Notes: generated by a model from the sequence alone, not told the origin. Counted from the first letter of the stretch, positions 10,151 through 20,225 are shown. The stretch is DNA of 64,000 nucleotides from Acidobacteriota bacterium (GCA_965205505.1 CBDBHB010000006.1:448001-512000); one strand, 5' to 3'. Made by a program: numbers and translations.

Positions 10151-11419
10151 CTATACCTTCAGCGTCACCCAGCGCACGAGCTCGTTGATCAGCAGCTTCC
10201 CGTCCCAGGGAGACTCCTGCACGTTCATCAACCCCGGGCGCACGCAACGGGCGGCTCCCGCGAGGGTGGCGGCCTCGGCGAACTCGCGTGCCTCGCCGTC
10301 GTCGCCGAAGGCTATGCCGACCGTCTGCACGCGGGGATTGATCAGCGGTACCACCAGACGCCACGAATCCACCGCCGTGAGAAACACCGTGCGCGACTGG
10401 ATAGGTTCCTTGAGCGACACGTCGGCGTCCATGCACACGGTCCAGTTGGCGCCATCGCGCGATGCGATCATGTCTCGCCGCTCATCGAGCGCCCACTCGG
10501 CGCGAGTATTGGCGATCTGCACGGTTGTGTAGGCATCGAGGGCCGATTTCGGCGGCAGGCGCTCAAGAGCCGCCGCGAAGCGCTCGCCGACATCGCCCAG
10601 GGCGCCGTTCGTTGCCTCGACGAAGATCGTCTGTGGCGAAGAACAGGCACGTTGATCGAAGATGGCAACGTCTCGTACGAACGCGGCGACCACCCGGTCG
10701 AGCGCCGCGGGCTGTTCGAGAAGGGCACCACCGATCAGGCCTATCGAGTATTTCGGACCGAACTCGACGTTCACGCAATGCGGCTGCTGCGGCAACCTAC
10801 GTATCGCCTCGATAGCCGTCTGCCCGCCCCAGGTCACCTTGGCATCGGCCGCCAGCGACATCGCTGTACCCAAGTCGCTTTCGCTGGAGCTGTACCAGAC
10901 CACCGCAAGACAAGCGCACAGATCGGCGCCCGAGAGGCCATCCACCGAGCATCCGGCCAGCACGTCGAGCATTGCGTCGATGCCGCCGGGCTGGGCGTCG
11001 GCCAGCTTCACGAGGCAGACGTTCCTGGCCAACAACGCTGGTACCAGCGCGAAGACCGGCAGCGTGGGCACGTTGCCCGCCATCCACATCGACACCAGGC
11101 CGTGTGGCTTCGCCGCCAGCTGCCGATCGTCCACGTCGACGAAGCCATCGAGCGCCGTTACATGACCACCGAGGTTCAGCACCAGCATCTTCTCGAGATT
11201 TGAGCGCTTGAGCCACGCGGACAGAAACGTCACGCCCTCGAGCCCTCGGGTATGAGGGTCCTCGAGCAGGCGCGAGCCGAAGGCGGCCAGTAGATCAAGC
11301 AACGACGCGGTGGGAACCGCAGCCATCGAGACACGCCGCTGCTGCAGCGCAGCGGTGATCGCCCCCAGATCGCTGAACGATTCGGGAGGCTTGCCGGGGC
11401 GAAAGTAGATGCCGCTCAT
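10151..11419 (-). CDS. Acyl-CoA reductase, LuxC family
   Basis: AGNVP, FGPKYS, FDQRACSSPQ (catalytic Cys) and PWDG motifs. Confidence 0.9.
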   Translation of the reverse strand: MSGIYFRPGKPPESFSDLGAITAALQQRRVSMAAVPTASLLDLLAAFGSRLLEDPHTRGLEGVTFLSAWLKRSNLEKMLVLNLGGHVTALDGFVDVDDRQLAAKPHGLVSMWMAGNVPTLPVFALVPALLARNVCLVKLADAQPGGIDAMLDVLAGCSVDGLSGADLCACLAVVWYSSSESDLGTAMSLAADAKVTWGGQTAIEAIRRLPQQPHCVNVEFGPKYSIGLIGGALLEQPAALDRVVAAFVRDVAIFDQRACSSPQTIFVEATNGALGDVGERFAAALERLPPKSALDAYTTVQIANTRAEWALDERRDMIASRDGANWTVCMDADVSLKEPIQSRTVFLTAVDSWRLVVPLINPRVQTVGIAFGDDGEAREFAEAATLAGAARCVRPGLMNVQESPWDGKLLINELVRWVTLKV

Positions 11420-12564
11420 TCGAGCTGCTTCACTGCAAAGGTATCGCCACAACCCCGCACCGCAACGCGCTCGACACGGCGCGTAAAGCGAAAGTACTGC
11501 CCTGACCGCCCGCACGGGCAGTCGTCTACGCCGACCAGCGTTCCCTGATCTTCAGTGAGGAGAGCTTGGCCCGGATAGCTCGTCGGCAGCACGCTCACCA
11601 CCTCGATGATGCCGGTTTCCCCCGGCGCCACCGGCTCCAGCGTATGAGGCCTGCGGATCACGACATCCGCGAAGGCGGGAGCATGCTTGTTGCCGGCCAC
11701 GCAGTCGACGAAGACCGTGCCTACTTGCTCAACCATGCCGTAGAAATCAAGCACCGCACCGGAGTTCATTCCCAACACGTCGCTGACGCGCTCGTTGAAG
11801 ACAGGCTTCGACACCGCGTCGGCCTCGAGCTTCTTCCAGCCTCCAGAGTGCAACAGCACGGCTTCCGGGGCATCGAAGCGCGCGCCGCGCGCCTCCGCCG
11901 CGCGAACGAACCGCGACCAAACGATGAACGTGAACCCGAAGACGAGTATCGGCTTGTCGCCATGCAGTTGGAAGAATGCTTCGATTGCGTCCCAATCAGG
12001 CATGAGGTCACCGTTGTCTGCCGATCGCAACGCGTAGGTGGTGGAGCTCGCGAAGCTGCCGATTCCGCGGATCGCCGCGCCCCGAGCGGTCAGTACATCG
12101 CCAGCGGCGGCGGCCTCCTCGACGTCGACCACTAGATACGGGCGTCGCCTACCGCCCAACACGTCCTTGAGAATCGATACCAGCGCCCTCGACTGCCGGA
12201 AGGCGGTGGTCTTGTCGATGAAGATACGGCTGGGCTTCTGGCCGGTCGTCGACGACGAGTGCAACTCTCGAACCACCCGTTCCGGCGCGACGGCCGAAAG
12301 TGCGAAACGCTTGAACATGGTGACCGGCAAGGGCGGCACATCGGCAACCCGTGTCCAGTCTGCCGGGCTCCCGCCAAGGCGAGCGAGGAAGCGCGCATAC
12401 GGTGGACAGGCTTCCGCCATCTGCTCGCACAGAGGTCGCAGGATCGCCAGAAGGTCGTGATCCTTATCGGCCTGCTTCGACGAGAACTGATCTCCGGCGA
12501 TCAACGCGGTGATCGCCGTGTCGACCTCGGCGCGGCACGCATCGGACAGCCCTGCGGTGCTCAT
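11416..12564 (-). CDS. Acyl-protein synthetase, LuxE family
   Basis: SSSTTG, HSGGWKK, FYGMVEQ, SYPG..LLTED and C-terminal RGCGD. Confidence 0.92.
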   Translation of the reverse strand: MSTAGLSDACRAEVDTAITALIAGDQFSSKQADKDHDLLAILRPLCEQMAEACPPYARFLARLGGSPADWTRVADVPPLPVTMFKRFALSAVAPERVVRELHSSSTTGQKPSRIFIDKTTAFRQSRALVSILKDVLGGRRRPYLVVDVEEAAAAGDVLTARGAAIRGIGSFASSTTYALRSADNGDLMPDWDAIEAFFQLHGDKPILVFGFTFIVWSRFVRAAEARGARFDAPEAVLLHSGGWKKLEADAVSKPVFNERVSDVLGMNSGAVLDFYGMVEQVGTVFVDCVAGNKHAPAFADVVIRRPHTLEPVAPGETGIIEVVSVLPTSYPGQALLTEDQGTLVGVDDCPCGRSGQYFRFTRRVERVAVRGCGDTFAVKQLE

Positions 12565-14138
12565 GCCTCAGATCCGCAATCACTGGCCGCATCTCGCAGC
12601 TGCGCCTTCAAGACCTTACCGGCGGCGTTCTTCGGAAGGTGATTGGTGAGCTCGACGGTCGTCGGGATCATGTGGTTGGGCAAATGGTCGTGGCAGTGAC
12701 GCACGATCGATCGACCGCTGAGCTCCCCTTCGCGTACGGGCACCACAACCGCCTTGATCGCTTCCCCCCAGATCTCGTCGGGAACGCCGATGACGGCCAC
12801 TTCGACCACCTCTGGCAACGCCGCGATGACCTCCTCGATCTCTGTAGGGCTGACGCGTATCCCCATCGACTTGATGAAGTCACGGGCGCGGTCGACGATG
12901 AAGATGAACCCCTCCGCGTCGACGCGCGCCAGGTCGCCCGTTCGCAGCTTGCCATCGCCGAAGTACTTCTGCGTTCCGGCGACATCGTTCCAATACCCCG
13001 GGCTCACGTTGTCACCCGTGGCGACGATCTCGCCGATTTCGACAGAGCCGGGGCGCACCGGCGAACCATCCTCTTTCAGCACCTCCAAGACGGTCGACGG
13101 CAGGCCGCGGCCGATGGAGCCGAGCTTGTCGTCAAGCCGCTCCGGCGGAAGATAGGACAGCCTCGCGGTGGCCTCCGTCTGGCCGTACATCACGTACAAG
13201 TGCACGTCGGGAAAGGCCTCCCGCATTTCACGTATGAACGGCTCCGGCAATCTTCCACCTGCTTGCTGGAGCCATCGGAGTGCCGGGAAATCGCGCTCCT
13301 TGAAATGGCTTCGGCGTAACAGGATCTGATAGGTCGACGGTACGCCGGCGAGCCCGGTACACCCCTTGGCCTCCATGTCGTCGAGTACCTTCTCCGGAAA
13401 CATGAAAGCGTTGTTGATTACCACCGACGCGCCCGCCGACAGATGTGCATGTAGGACCGACAGACCGTAGCAATAGTGCAGCGGCAGCACCAACATCGCG
13501 CGGTCGGTCGGCACGAGCCCCATGTACTCGACAATGTCGCGCGTGTTGGTGGCGATGTTGCGATGCGTGACCATGACACCCTTCGGCACTCCCGTGGAGC
13601 CGGCCGTGAGAAAAAGGGCCGCGAGAGTGCTCGATGGATCGAACGTGCCCGTCGATTCGACCTCTGCGGCGAGCGCGTCCCCCTCCAAGGGCTGATCGAG
13701 CTCTTCCTCGGACCACAGCTCGACCTCTGCGGCGGCCATGGCCCCGATGAGATCGGCATCTGGCGCCATCCGAGACGATACGAGCATCAGCTGCATGTCG
13801 GTATCGATGGCGATGCGACGAAGTCGCTCGACTGGCAACGTCGTCGGCAAGGGAACAACGCATAGCCCGACGCGTATCGTCGCCAGGTAGGCAACGACGA
13901 AGAAAACGCCGTTCTCGGCCACCAGACCAACACGCGATCCTGGCGCGAGGCGTGGCGCGCGTAGACGCGCCGCCGCCCGGTCAACGCGGCGGCGAAGCTG
14001 CCTGTAGCTGACGTCTTCAGCACCGACCGACAGCACCAGATCGGACGCCTCCCCGGCGGCGAGCAGCTGTGAGGCGACATTATCCTGCGCTCTCTGCGGG
14101 GCAGGTTCGCAGGGGTCGGCAGCCGCGCTCTTGGTCAC
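12561..14138 (-). CDS. AMP-binding acyl-CoA/acyl-ACP ligase
   Basis: TAGSTGVPKGV, YGQTEAT, RTGDLA and AGKV motifs. Confidence 0.92.
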   Translation of the reverse strand: MTKSAAADPCEPAPQRAQDNVASQLLAAGEASDLVLSVGAEDVSYRQLRRRVDRAAARLRAPRLAPGSRVGLVAENGVFFVVAYLATIRVGLCVVPLPTTLPVERLRRIAIDTDMQLMLVSSRMAPDADLIGAMAAAEVELWSEEELDQPLEGDALAAEVESTGTFDPSSTLAALFLTAGSTGVPKGVMVTHRNIATNTRDIVEYMGLVPTDRAMLVLPLHYCYGLSVLHAHLSAGASVVINNAFMFPEKVLDDMEAKGCTGLAGVPSTYQILLRRSHFKERDFPALRWLQQAGGRLPEPFIREMREAFPDVHLYVMYGQTEATARLSYLPPERLDDKLGSIGRGLPSTVLEVLKEDGSPVRPGSVEIGEIVATGDNVSPGYWNDVAGTQKYFGDGKLRTGDLARVDAEGFIFIVDRARDFIKSMGIRVSPTEIEEVIAALPEVVEVAVIGVPDEIWGEAIKAVVVPVREGELSGRSIVRHCHDHLPNHMIPTTVELTNHLPKNAAGKVLKAQLRDAASDCGSEA

Positions 14139-14410
14139 CCGACCCCCTTGTTCGCCAGGATCTCGAGGATCTTCCGAACGTCGACCATCTCCATGATCTC
14201 GTCGACCTCGAACTCGACTCCGAAGGCGGCTTCCATCGCCGCCACCAGATTCATGTGTCCGATCGAATCCCATTTCCTGACGTCGTCGGGAACGGTGTCC
14301 GGATGGAAGCGGGCGGCATCGTGAGCGAAGGTCTGCTCGAACACCGCCGCCAGTCGCTCAACCAGAGCGCTGTCTTCCACAGGTAGTGAGTCGGCAGGCG
14401 ATCCCGACAT
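14135..14410 (-). CDS. Acyl carrier protein
   Basis: WDSIGHM phosphopantetheine site in a 91-aa acidic protein. Confidence 0.9.
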   Translation of the reverse strand: MSGSPADSLPVEDSALVERLAAVFEQTFAHDAARFHPDTVPDDVRKWDSIGHMNLVAAMEAAFGVEFEVDEIMEMVDVRKILEILANKGVG

Positions 14411-15126
14411 CAGAGGGCCATGCCGCCATCAACAGAGAACACGGCTCCGGTGACGCCGACGGCGTCGTCTGAGACCAACCAGCTCACCAGGCCGGCTACT
14501 TCGTCGACGCTTTGTAGTTTCCCGAGTGGTACGGCCTTTTCGATCATCGCGAACATGGCTCGACTGGTGAGGTTGGTCTTCACTGCGCCAGGCGCCACCG
14601 CCACGGCCCGGATCCCCGCCGCGGCATATTCGGCGGCGATGCTCCGTGTGTAGTGGATCAAGCCAGCCTTGGACGCTGCGTACACTGATAGCTTCGGCGA
14701 CGCCTTGATGCCGGCGACCGAGGCAATGTTGATAATCAGTCCCGGGGTCTGGCGCTCGCTCATCACCTTCAAAGCCGCGGCGCTGAGGCGAAGGGGCGCC
14801 GCCAGATTGGTCTGCAGTTGGTCACCGATCGTCGCGGCATCGGCATCATGAGCATTCTCAAAACGCATCACCCCGGCGTTGTTGATCAGCACGTCGAGGC
14901 CATCGCGGTCGGCGACGATCGACTCGAGCAGGCAAGCCGCGGCGTCCAGGTCTCGGACGTCGGCCTGGTGATAGCCGACCTTGGCGGCGAGCTCGCTGGA
15001 GCCTTCAGCCCACACTGCCGGCTCGCGCCGGGCGATGACCTCCACCGCGTGACCCTCAGCCGCCAGGCGACGCACTATTGCCAGCCCAATGCCGGAGGAT
15101 CCCCCGGTGACGACAATCTTCTTCAT
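14410..15126 (-). CDS. SDR oxidoreductase (FabG-like)
   Basis: TGGSSGIG, NNAG, YAASK and VDGG motifs. Confidence 0.9.
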   Translation of the reverse strand: MKKIVVTGGSSGIGLAIVRRLAAEGHAVEVIARREPAVWAEGSSELAAKVGYHQADVRDLDAAACLLESIVADRDGLDVLINNAGVMRFENAHDADAATIGDQLQTNLAAPLRLSAAALKVMSERQTPGLIINIASVAGIKASPKLSVYAASKAGLIHYTRSIAAEYAAAGIRAVAVAPGAVKTNLTSRAMFAMIEKAVPLGKLQSVDEVAGLVSWLVSDDAVGVTGAVFSVDGGMAL

Positions 15127-15160
15127 TGGCTCTCCCCCAAAGAGCCTTCGCCCCCAAATT

Positions 15161-16237
15161 CTATATCACGTCCGGCGGCTTGGGACCCTCCCCCACGGCG
15201 ACCGCAGACGACGAACCCGCAGGCGTAGCACGCGCCTGCGCGGATGTCACATCGCGTAGCCGTACGCCCTCGGCGGCCAAAACCCCGAATCCGAGCAACA
15301 TCGGCGGAACGAACGTCAGCGTGTGAACCAGGAGCGAGTAGCCTAGCGCCTCGCTCTTGGGCACCCCGAAGATGCCCAGTGCGACGATGCAGCCTGCCTG
15401 AAAGGTGCCGACGAAACTGGGCGCCGCCGGGATCATCACAAACACCGCGACCAACGCCGTGGCAACGATGGCAAACCTGAGGACGGGAACGCCGTAGCCG
15501 ACGTCCATGCCCATCGCCAACGCCACGAGCGCGAACGGCGCGGCGAGCGTCGCCCAGACATAGGCGCTGGCCAACAGCAGCGTCAGCAGTTGGCGCAAGT
15601 CCGTCAACGCATGCAGGCCATCGACAAAGGAGTGGACAGAAGCGCCCACAGGGGCGCCGATCCTTTTCGGCAACCGGTCGATGAACCGGTCGAGCCACCG
15701 AAGCGACATGTCCTGAAACAGGATCAGAGCCAGGATCAGCGCCGTCACCAGGCCGGCAACCGCGGCGAGCAACCGTACCGCACCGGCCACCTGAGGACCC
15801 GCGCCTTCCGGGATCGGCACCAACATAATGGCGACAGCCAGCATCGCACCGACGGTCACCAAGTCGAAAACTCGCTCCAACACGACGGTGGCGAACGCTG
15901 TCGAGAACGGCAGCTTCTCTTTCCGCGCGATCGAGTAGGCCTTGACGGCCTCGCCGGCGCGGAGCGGCAGCACGGCGTTGGCGGCGTACCCGACCGCCTG
16001 CGAGGCGAACAGAGTGCGGGTTGCTACCGGCCGCAGATGTGCGAACAGCATCTTCCAGCGCTGCGCCCGAGCGTAGACTGACAACAACGAGACGCCGGCA
16101 ACCAGCCCCAACCACCCGGGTTTCGCGCTCCGCATGGCCCCCCACACCTCCGCCATCAAGACGTCACGGGTGACGACCCAAAGGAACAGTGCGCTCACCG
16201 CAATTCCGACCGCCAGCTGCAGATACCGCTTGTTCAC
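15161..16237 (-). CDS. Lysylphosphatidylglycerol synthase TM-domain / flippase-like protein (UPF0104)
   Basis: RAQRW, NAVLPLRAGE and ERVFD motifs; multi-TM. Confidence 0.88.
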   Translation of the reverse strand: MNKRYLQLAVGIAVSALFLWVVTRDVLMAEVWGAMRSAKPGWLGLVAGVSLLSVYARAQRWKMLFAHLRPVATRTLFASQAVGYAANAVLPLRAGEAVKAYSIARKEKLPFSTAFATVVLERVFDLVTVGAMLAVAIMLVPIPEGAGPQVAGAVRLLAAVAGLVTALILALILFQDMSLRWLDRFIDRLPKRIGAPVGASVHSFVDGLHALTDLRQLLTLLLASAYVWATLAAPFALVALAMGMDVGYGVPVLRFAIVATALVAVFVMIPAAPSFVGTFQAGCIVALGIFGVPKSEALGYSLLVHTLTFVPPMLLGFGVLAAEGVRLRDVTSAQARATPAGSSSAVAVGEGPKPPDVI

Positions 16238-16311
16238 GGACGAGGCTCGTTGCGACGCTTCGGGCGGGTGCTCGGTTCGACTAGGGAGAGCATGGTGGAG
16301 GGAGTTTAAGG

Positions 16312-16347
16312 CAAAGGAAAAGCCCGGGAGCGCGTGCGCTCCCGGGC
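16312..16347 (-). terminator. Intrinsic terminator of hsp20
   Basis: GCCCGGGAGCGC-AC-GCGCTCCCGGGC hairpin followed by TTTTCCTTT on the minus strand. Confidence 0.85.
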
Positions 16348-16377
16348 CACGGGAACCGATGGATCCACCGGTGACAG

Positions 16378-16827
16378 CTAGTTGACGGTCACCTCGATCT
16401 TCTTCGGCTTGGCCTGCTCGGCCTTTGGAAGGCTGATCACCAACACGCCGTTGTGGAACTGCGCGTCGATGTGCTCCTGATCCACCGCGGTCGGCAAGGT
16501 AAAGACGCGTCGGAAGCTCCCGTAGCTGCTCTCGATGCGCCGGTAGTGGCCATCCGAAGCGTCGTGCTGGAACGTCTTCTCACCCTTGAGGGTGAGCTTG
16601 CTGTCCTCCAAGGTGATCTCGACGTCCTCTTCGGTGAGGCCGGGGAGCTCGGCGCGCAGCAGAATCTGATCCTCCTGCTCGATAACGTCCATGGCCGGCG
16701 CCCACCCTGCCGTATCGGCGGGTGAAGGGCTCTCGAAGAGGCGCCCCCAGTTACCGGCGGATATGGTGCCAAAACGGCGCTGCAGGAGCGCCAGGTCGGG
16801 GAATGTGTTGGTGCGACGGACCAGCAT
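16378..16827 (-). CDS. Hsp20/alpha-crystallin small heat-shock protein
   Basis: AELPG, YGSFRRVFTLP and NGVLVISLPK motifs; strong RBS GAAGGAGG. Confidence 0.95.
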   Translation of the reverse strand: MLVRRTNTFPDLALLQRRFGTISAGNWGRLFESPSPADTAGWAPAMDVIEQEDQILLRAELPGLTEEDVEITLEDSKLTLKGEKTFQHDASDGHYRRIESSYGSFRRVFTLPTAVDQEHIDAQFHNGVLVISLPKAEQAKPKKIEVTVN

Positions 16828-16969
16828 TTGTAGTCCTCCTTCAGGAATTGAAAGCCGATTGGCAAGAGCCACCGGCGGGCAAATCGCCGGAGCTGAGTTA
16901 CACGTCGGGGGCCTCGAAACCTGTCGCGGGTTCCCCGTCATTTCCTTATCAGCTGTCGACATCATAAAA

Positions 16970-16990
16970 CTTGCTGGTTTCTTACTCAAG
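16970..16990. promoter_or_regulatory. HAIR-like (HspR) operator upstream of hsp20
   Basis: CTTGCTG-N7-ACTCAAG versus consensus CTTGAGT-N7-ACTCAAG, inside an AT-rich promoter patch. Confidence 0.55.
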
Positions 16991-17110
16991 TCTTATTATG
17001 ACCAATACTTAGATTATGAATCTAGCACAGGACGTGAGACGTGCCGGCGACGTAAGTTACTGAACAATAATGAGTTACCGCCGCGGACGAAACTTCTTCG
17101 ATGGCGGTGC

Positions 17111-18016
17111 TCAGAGGGACGACTTCAGATCCGGATGGTTGGCGGCGAAATATCGCCCCATTGCATGCCGCCAGTGCGGCAGATCCGGCAACCCCAGGTC
17201 GCGCAGCGCGGCGTTGTCCAGAGCGGTGTAGTCGGAGCGCTTGGCCGGCGCCCCGAACTCGGTGGCTGTCGTGGGCCCCAGCCAGCGCCGCGCGCCGACA
17301 GCTTCGAAAGCAATCTCCGCGATCTCGAACCAGGTGGCCTGTCCCTTATTGGCAACGTGGAACAGACCGCAGGCGCCGCAGTCCAGGAGCCCCCAGATGG
17401 CCGACGCCAGGTCGAGCGCGTACGTAGGACTGACGACCTGATCGTTCACCACTCGCGTCTCTGCCCCCTGCCGGGCGCGCTCGAGCATACGCTCGATGAA
17501 CGGAGGGGTCCCGTGTCCCGAGCGAGCTCTCCCGTATACGGCCGACGTACGCACCACGGTGTGCATCTCCGAAGCCGCCAGGACCAGGTGTTCACCGGCA
17601 AGCTTGGAAGCGGCATAGACATTCTGAGGCGCCGGCAGGTCGGTCTCGCGGAACGGCACGCGACGCGGACCACCGAACACGTAGTCGGTCGACAGGTGAA
17701 CCAGTCGCGTCGCCGCTCGCTTGCAGGAGCGAGCCAGCATGCCGGCCGCCACCGCGTTCACTCGGAAGGCCTGTGCAGGCTCGGTCTCACACAGGTCGAC
17801 GGGCTGGAATACAGCGCAGTTGATGGCGGCGCCGGCCCGATGCTCCTGGAGCAGATCCTCGACGCGCTTCTCGTCGGTGATATCGGCATCGCCGCGACCG
17901 AGCTGCACGATATGCGCGGGGTCGCGCCCCGCGACCTCCGCAGTGGTGGCAAGCGCCTCCCCTACCTGGCCGTAGCCGCCGAAGACAAGGACCCTATCGG
18001 GTGAAGCTATAACCAC
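17111..18016 (-). CDS. rfbD: dTDP-4-dehydrorhamnose reductase
   Basis: GGYGQVG, STDYVFGG, YAASKLAGE and DQVVSPT motifs. Confidence 0.92.
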   Translation of the reverse strand: MVIASPDRVLVFGGYGQVGEALATTAEVAGRDPAHIVQLGRGDADITDEKRVEDLLQEHRAGAAINCAVFQPVDLCETEPAQAFRVNAVAAGMLARSCKRAATRLVHLSTDYVFGGPRRVPFRETDLPAPQNVYAASKLAGEHLVLAASEMHTVVRTSAVYGRARSGHGTPPFIERMLERARQGAETRVVNDQVVSPTYALDLASAIWGLLDCGACGLFHVANKGQATWFEIAEIAFEAVGARRWLGPTTATEFGAPAKRSDYTALDNAALRDLGLPDLPHWRHAMGRYFAANHPDLKSSL

Positions 18017-19460
18017 CTCCGAGATAGTAACTACGCAGCCCCGAACGCAGCGCGTCGTCCCATCCGCCGGTTAGGAAGAAGCGGCTGCCCAGGTTCCACT
18101 GAAACCGCAGCTTGACGTGCGGATCGGGGTCGCGGCCAAGATCCCAAACTTCGCCGATGAATCGCAACCGATCCTGTACGGCGAAGTAGTCGATCCCGAA
18201 ACCCGCCTGCGACTCGAGAATGCCGCCGCGCACCTGTACCCGGCCGAAGCGTTGCGCCATCACTGCGCTAACCCGAAACCCCTCGCTGCGGACGAGCTTG
18301 CGCTCGACCGTCGTAGTCAACAAGTCACCGGTGAATGGGTGGAACGTCTGCGTCGTGATGTTGGTCTCGGTGATGCCCCCGATGTTGTCGTCGACGAGAT
18401 GAAACTCGAAACCGCGGCCCGATCCCAGATCACCGAGCTCCATGCGAATCCCGAAGTAGTTCTTGCTGGACTCGAGGCGCTGATAGAACTCCGATCGCCA
18501 CTCGAAGCTGAACTGGGCCTCACCAACACGACGAAAGAACGTGTCGGCGGCGGCCAGGCTGTCATCGACCGAGTCGAGGGCCTCGTTGAGTCGATCGATC
18601 GTGTCCGACTCGTTGACCAATCTCCCCACCGTCCCTTCGCCGCGGTTCGCCTTACCGAGGATCTCTTCCAGATCGGCCGCGGAGCGATTCAGTCGCTCGG
18701 TAACTTCGCGTAGGTTCGCGCCGGCGCTGCCAAGTCCGTCGCCGCTGCGACCCATGACCTCGGACACGTCCGCCGACAAGCTGTGCATCTGGTCGATCAA
18801 CTGGGGCAGGCTCTCCTTGAGCGTTGCCGACAGCTCGTTGATGTTGCCGAACGCTGCGTCCATGTTGCCAAAGCCGGAGTCGATGATGGCGCGATTCGCC
18901 GACAGGATCTCATCAAAGCGTCCCGTAACACTCTGAACACTAATGAGAATCTCGCGAAGCGATGCCTCACCCTCTTCGGTGCCGAGCACCGACGATAAGG
19001 TGCGCGTCGTGAGTTCGAGGTTGCGCCCGATGCTCGACATGACTTCGACCAACTGGTCGACCGAAACGGGATCCCCGCCGCGGATCCATCCACCTTCCGC
19101 CACGAGCGGACGTTCGGGTGAGCCCGGCCGCAGATCGAGCACACGGTCTCCGAGCATCCCGGTGGACCCGACGATCGCCACTGCATCATCGTGCACCTCC
19201 ACGGCGCGCAACAGTTGAAGCTCGACCTCCGCAACACCCTCCCGCATGTTTAGCCGCACCGCCGACACCCTGCCGACACGTACCCCTGCAAGCATGGCGG
19301 GGTCGTCTACTCCAAGGCCGGCAGCATTCTCGAATCGGACGTTGATCACGTAGCTGTCCGCACTCTGGAAGCTACCTATGTCCTCGATCTTGATGACGAA
19401 ATAGGCCAGGGCCACGATCGCCACCAGAACCACCACGCCGACCTTGATTTCCGTACGCAT
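17994..19460 (-). CDS. mlaD: Elongated MlaD/MCE protein with a helical stalk and a C-terminal beta-rich domain
   Basis: EIKVG TM anchor; AGL..DPAMLAGVRVGRV MCE domain; GEGTVGRLV; aromatic beta-strand C terminus. Confidence 0.88.
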   Translation of the reverse strand: MRTEIKVGVVVLVAIVALAYFVIKIEDIGSFQSADSYVINVRFENAAGLGVDDPAMLAGVRVGRVSAVRLNMREGVAEVELQLLRAVEVHDDAVAIVGSTGMLGDRVLDLRPGSPERPLVAEGGWIRGGDPVSVDQLVEVMSSIGRNLELTTRTLSSVLGTEEGEASLREILISVQSVTGRFDEILSANRAIIDSGFGNMDAAFGNINELSATLKESLPQLIDQMHSLSADVSEVMGRSGDGLGSAGANLREVTERLNRSAADLEEILGKANRGEGTVGRLVNESDTIDRLNEALDSVDDSLAAADTFFRRVGEAQFSFEWRSEFYQRLESSKNYFGIRMELGDLGSGRGFEFHLVDDNIGGITETNITTQTFHPFTGDLLTTTVERKLVRSEGFRVSAVMAQRFGRVQVRGGILESQAGFGIDYFAVQDRLRFIGEVWDLGRDPDPHVKLRFQWNLGSRFFLTGGWDDALRSGLRSYYLGGGYSFTR

Positions 19461-19639
19461 GCGCTTGCCTCCGCAAGATCGCCGGGTATCCGCTCTTCAA
19501 GCTACCTTGCAGGACTAAGAATAGCGGCTGCCCGGCACCGGTGCGCGGTTCCCCGCTTTTCCACCATGTTAGATTGCGCAGCTCCAAGTTTCGCGGCCAT
19601 ACTGGTTCGCCGTCTGACAATCTAGGAGCAGCGAGTCTC

Positions 19640-20212
19640 ATGCCCCTCGAAGTCGCGCCGACGGACATCCCCGATGTGCTCTTGATCCGGTCGGAGCTGC
19701 TCCGCGATAGCCGTGGTGGCTTCCTCGAGACCTTCCGGCACTCCGTGCTTGCCGCGCAGGGAGCTGACGTTCGTGTAGCACAGGTCAACGAGTCCATCTC
19801 GGAGGCCAAGGTGCTGCGTGGGTTGCACTATCAGCTAGAGCCAAATGGGCAGGGCAAGCTGGTGCGGGTGTTGCGCGGCGCCGTGTTTGACGTTGCCCTG
19901 GATGTGCGGCGCGGTTCGCCCTGGTTCGGCCAGCACGTCGCGATCGAGCTCAGCGCCGAGAACCGAAGCCTGCTATGGATCCCGCCGGGATTCGCACACG
20001 GATTCTGCGCGCTCGAGGACGACACCCACTTCCTCTACGTGCAAACAGCCGAGTATGCCCCCGAATCGGAAGCTGGAGTCAACGCCTTCGATCCGGCGTT
20101 GGGTCTTCAGTGGCCGTTCCCACGCGACGACGTGATCCTGTCGGACAAGGATCTGGAGCTGCCGTCACTATCGTCCGCCCGCCTGAACTTCGACTATCGT
20201 GCAAGGCCGTGA
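19640..20212 (+). CDS. rfbC: dTDP-4-dehydrorhamnose 3,5-epimerase
   Basis: DSRGGFLE, LRGLHYQ, QGKLV and GFAHGF motifs. Confidence 0.95.
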   Translation: MPLEVAPTDIPDVLLIRSELLRDSRGGFLETFRHSVLAAQGADVRVAQVNESISEAKVLRGLHYQLEPNGQGKLVRVLRGAVFDVALDVRRGSPWFGQHVAIELSAENRSLLWIPPGFAHGFCALEDDTHFLYVQTAEYAPESEAGVNAFDPALGLQWPFPRDDVILSDKDLELPSLSSARLNFDYRARP

Positions 20213-20225
20213 TCGCGCTCGCAGG

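Noticed and set aside
10151-12564. Bioluminescence operon
   Set aside because: No luxA, luxB or luxD in the window, and the context is glycan modification.
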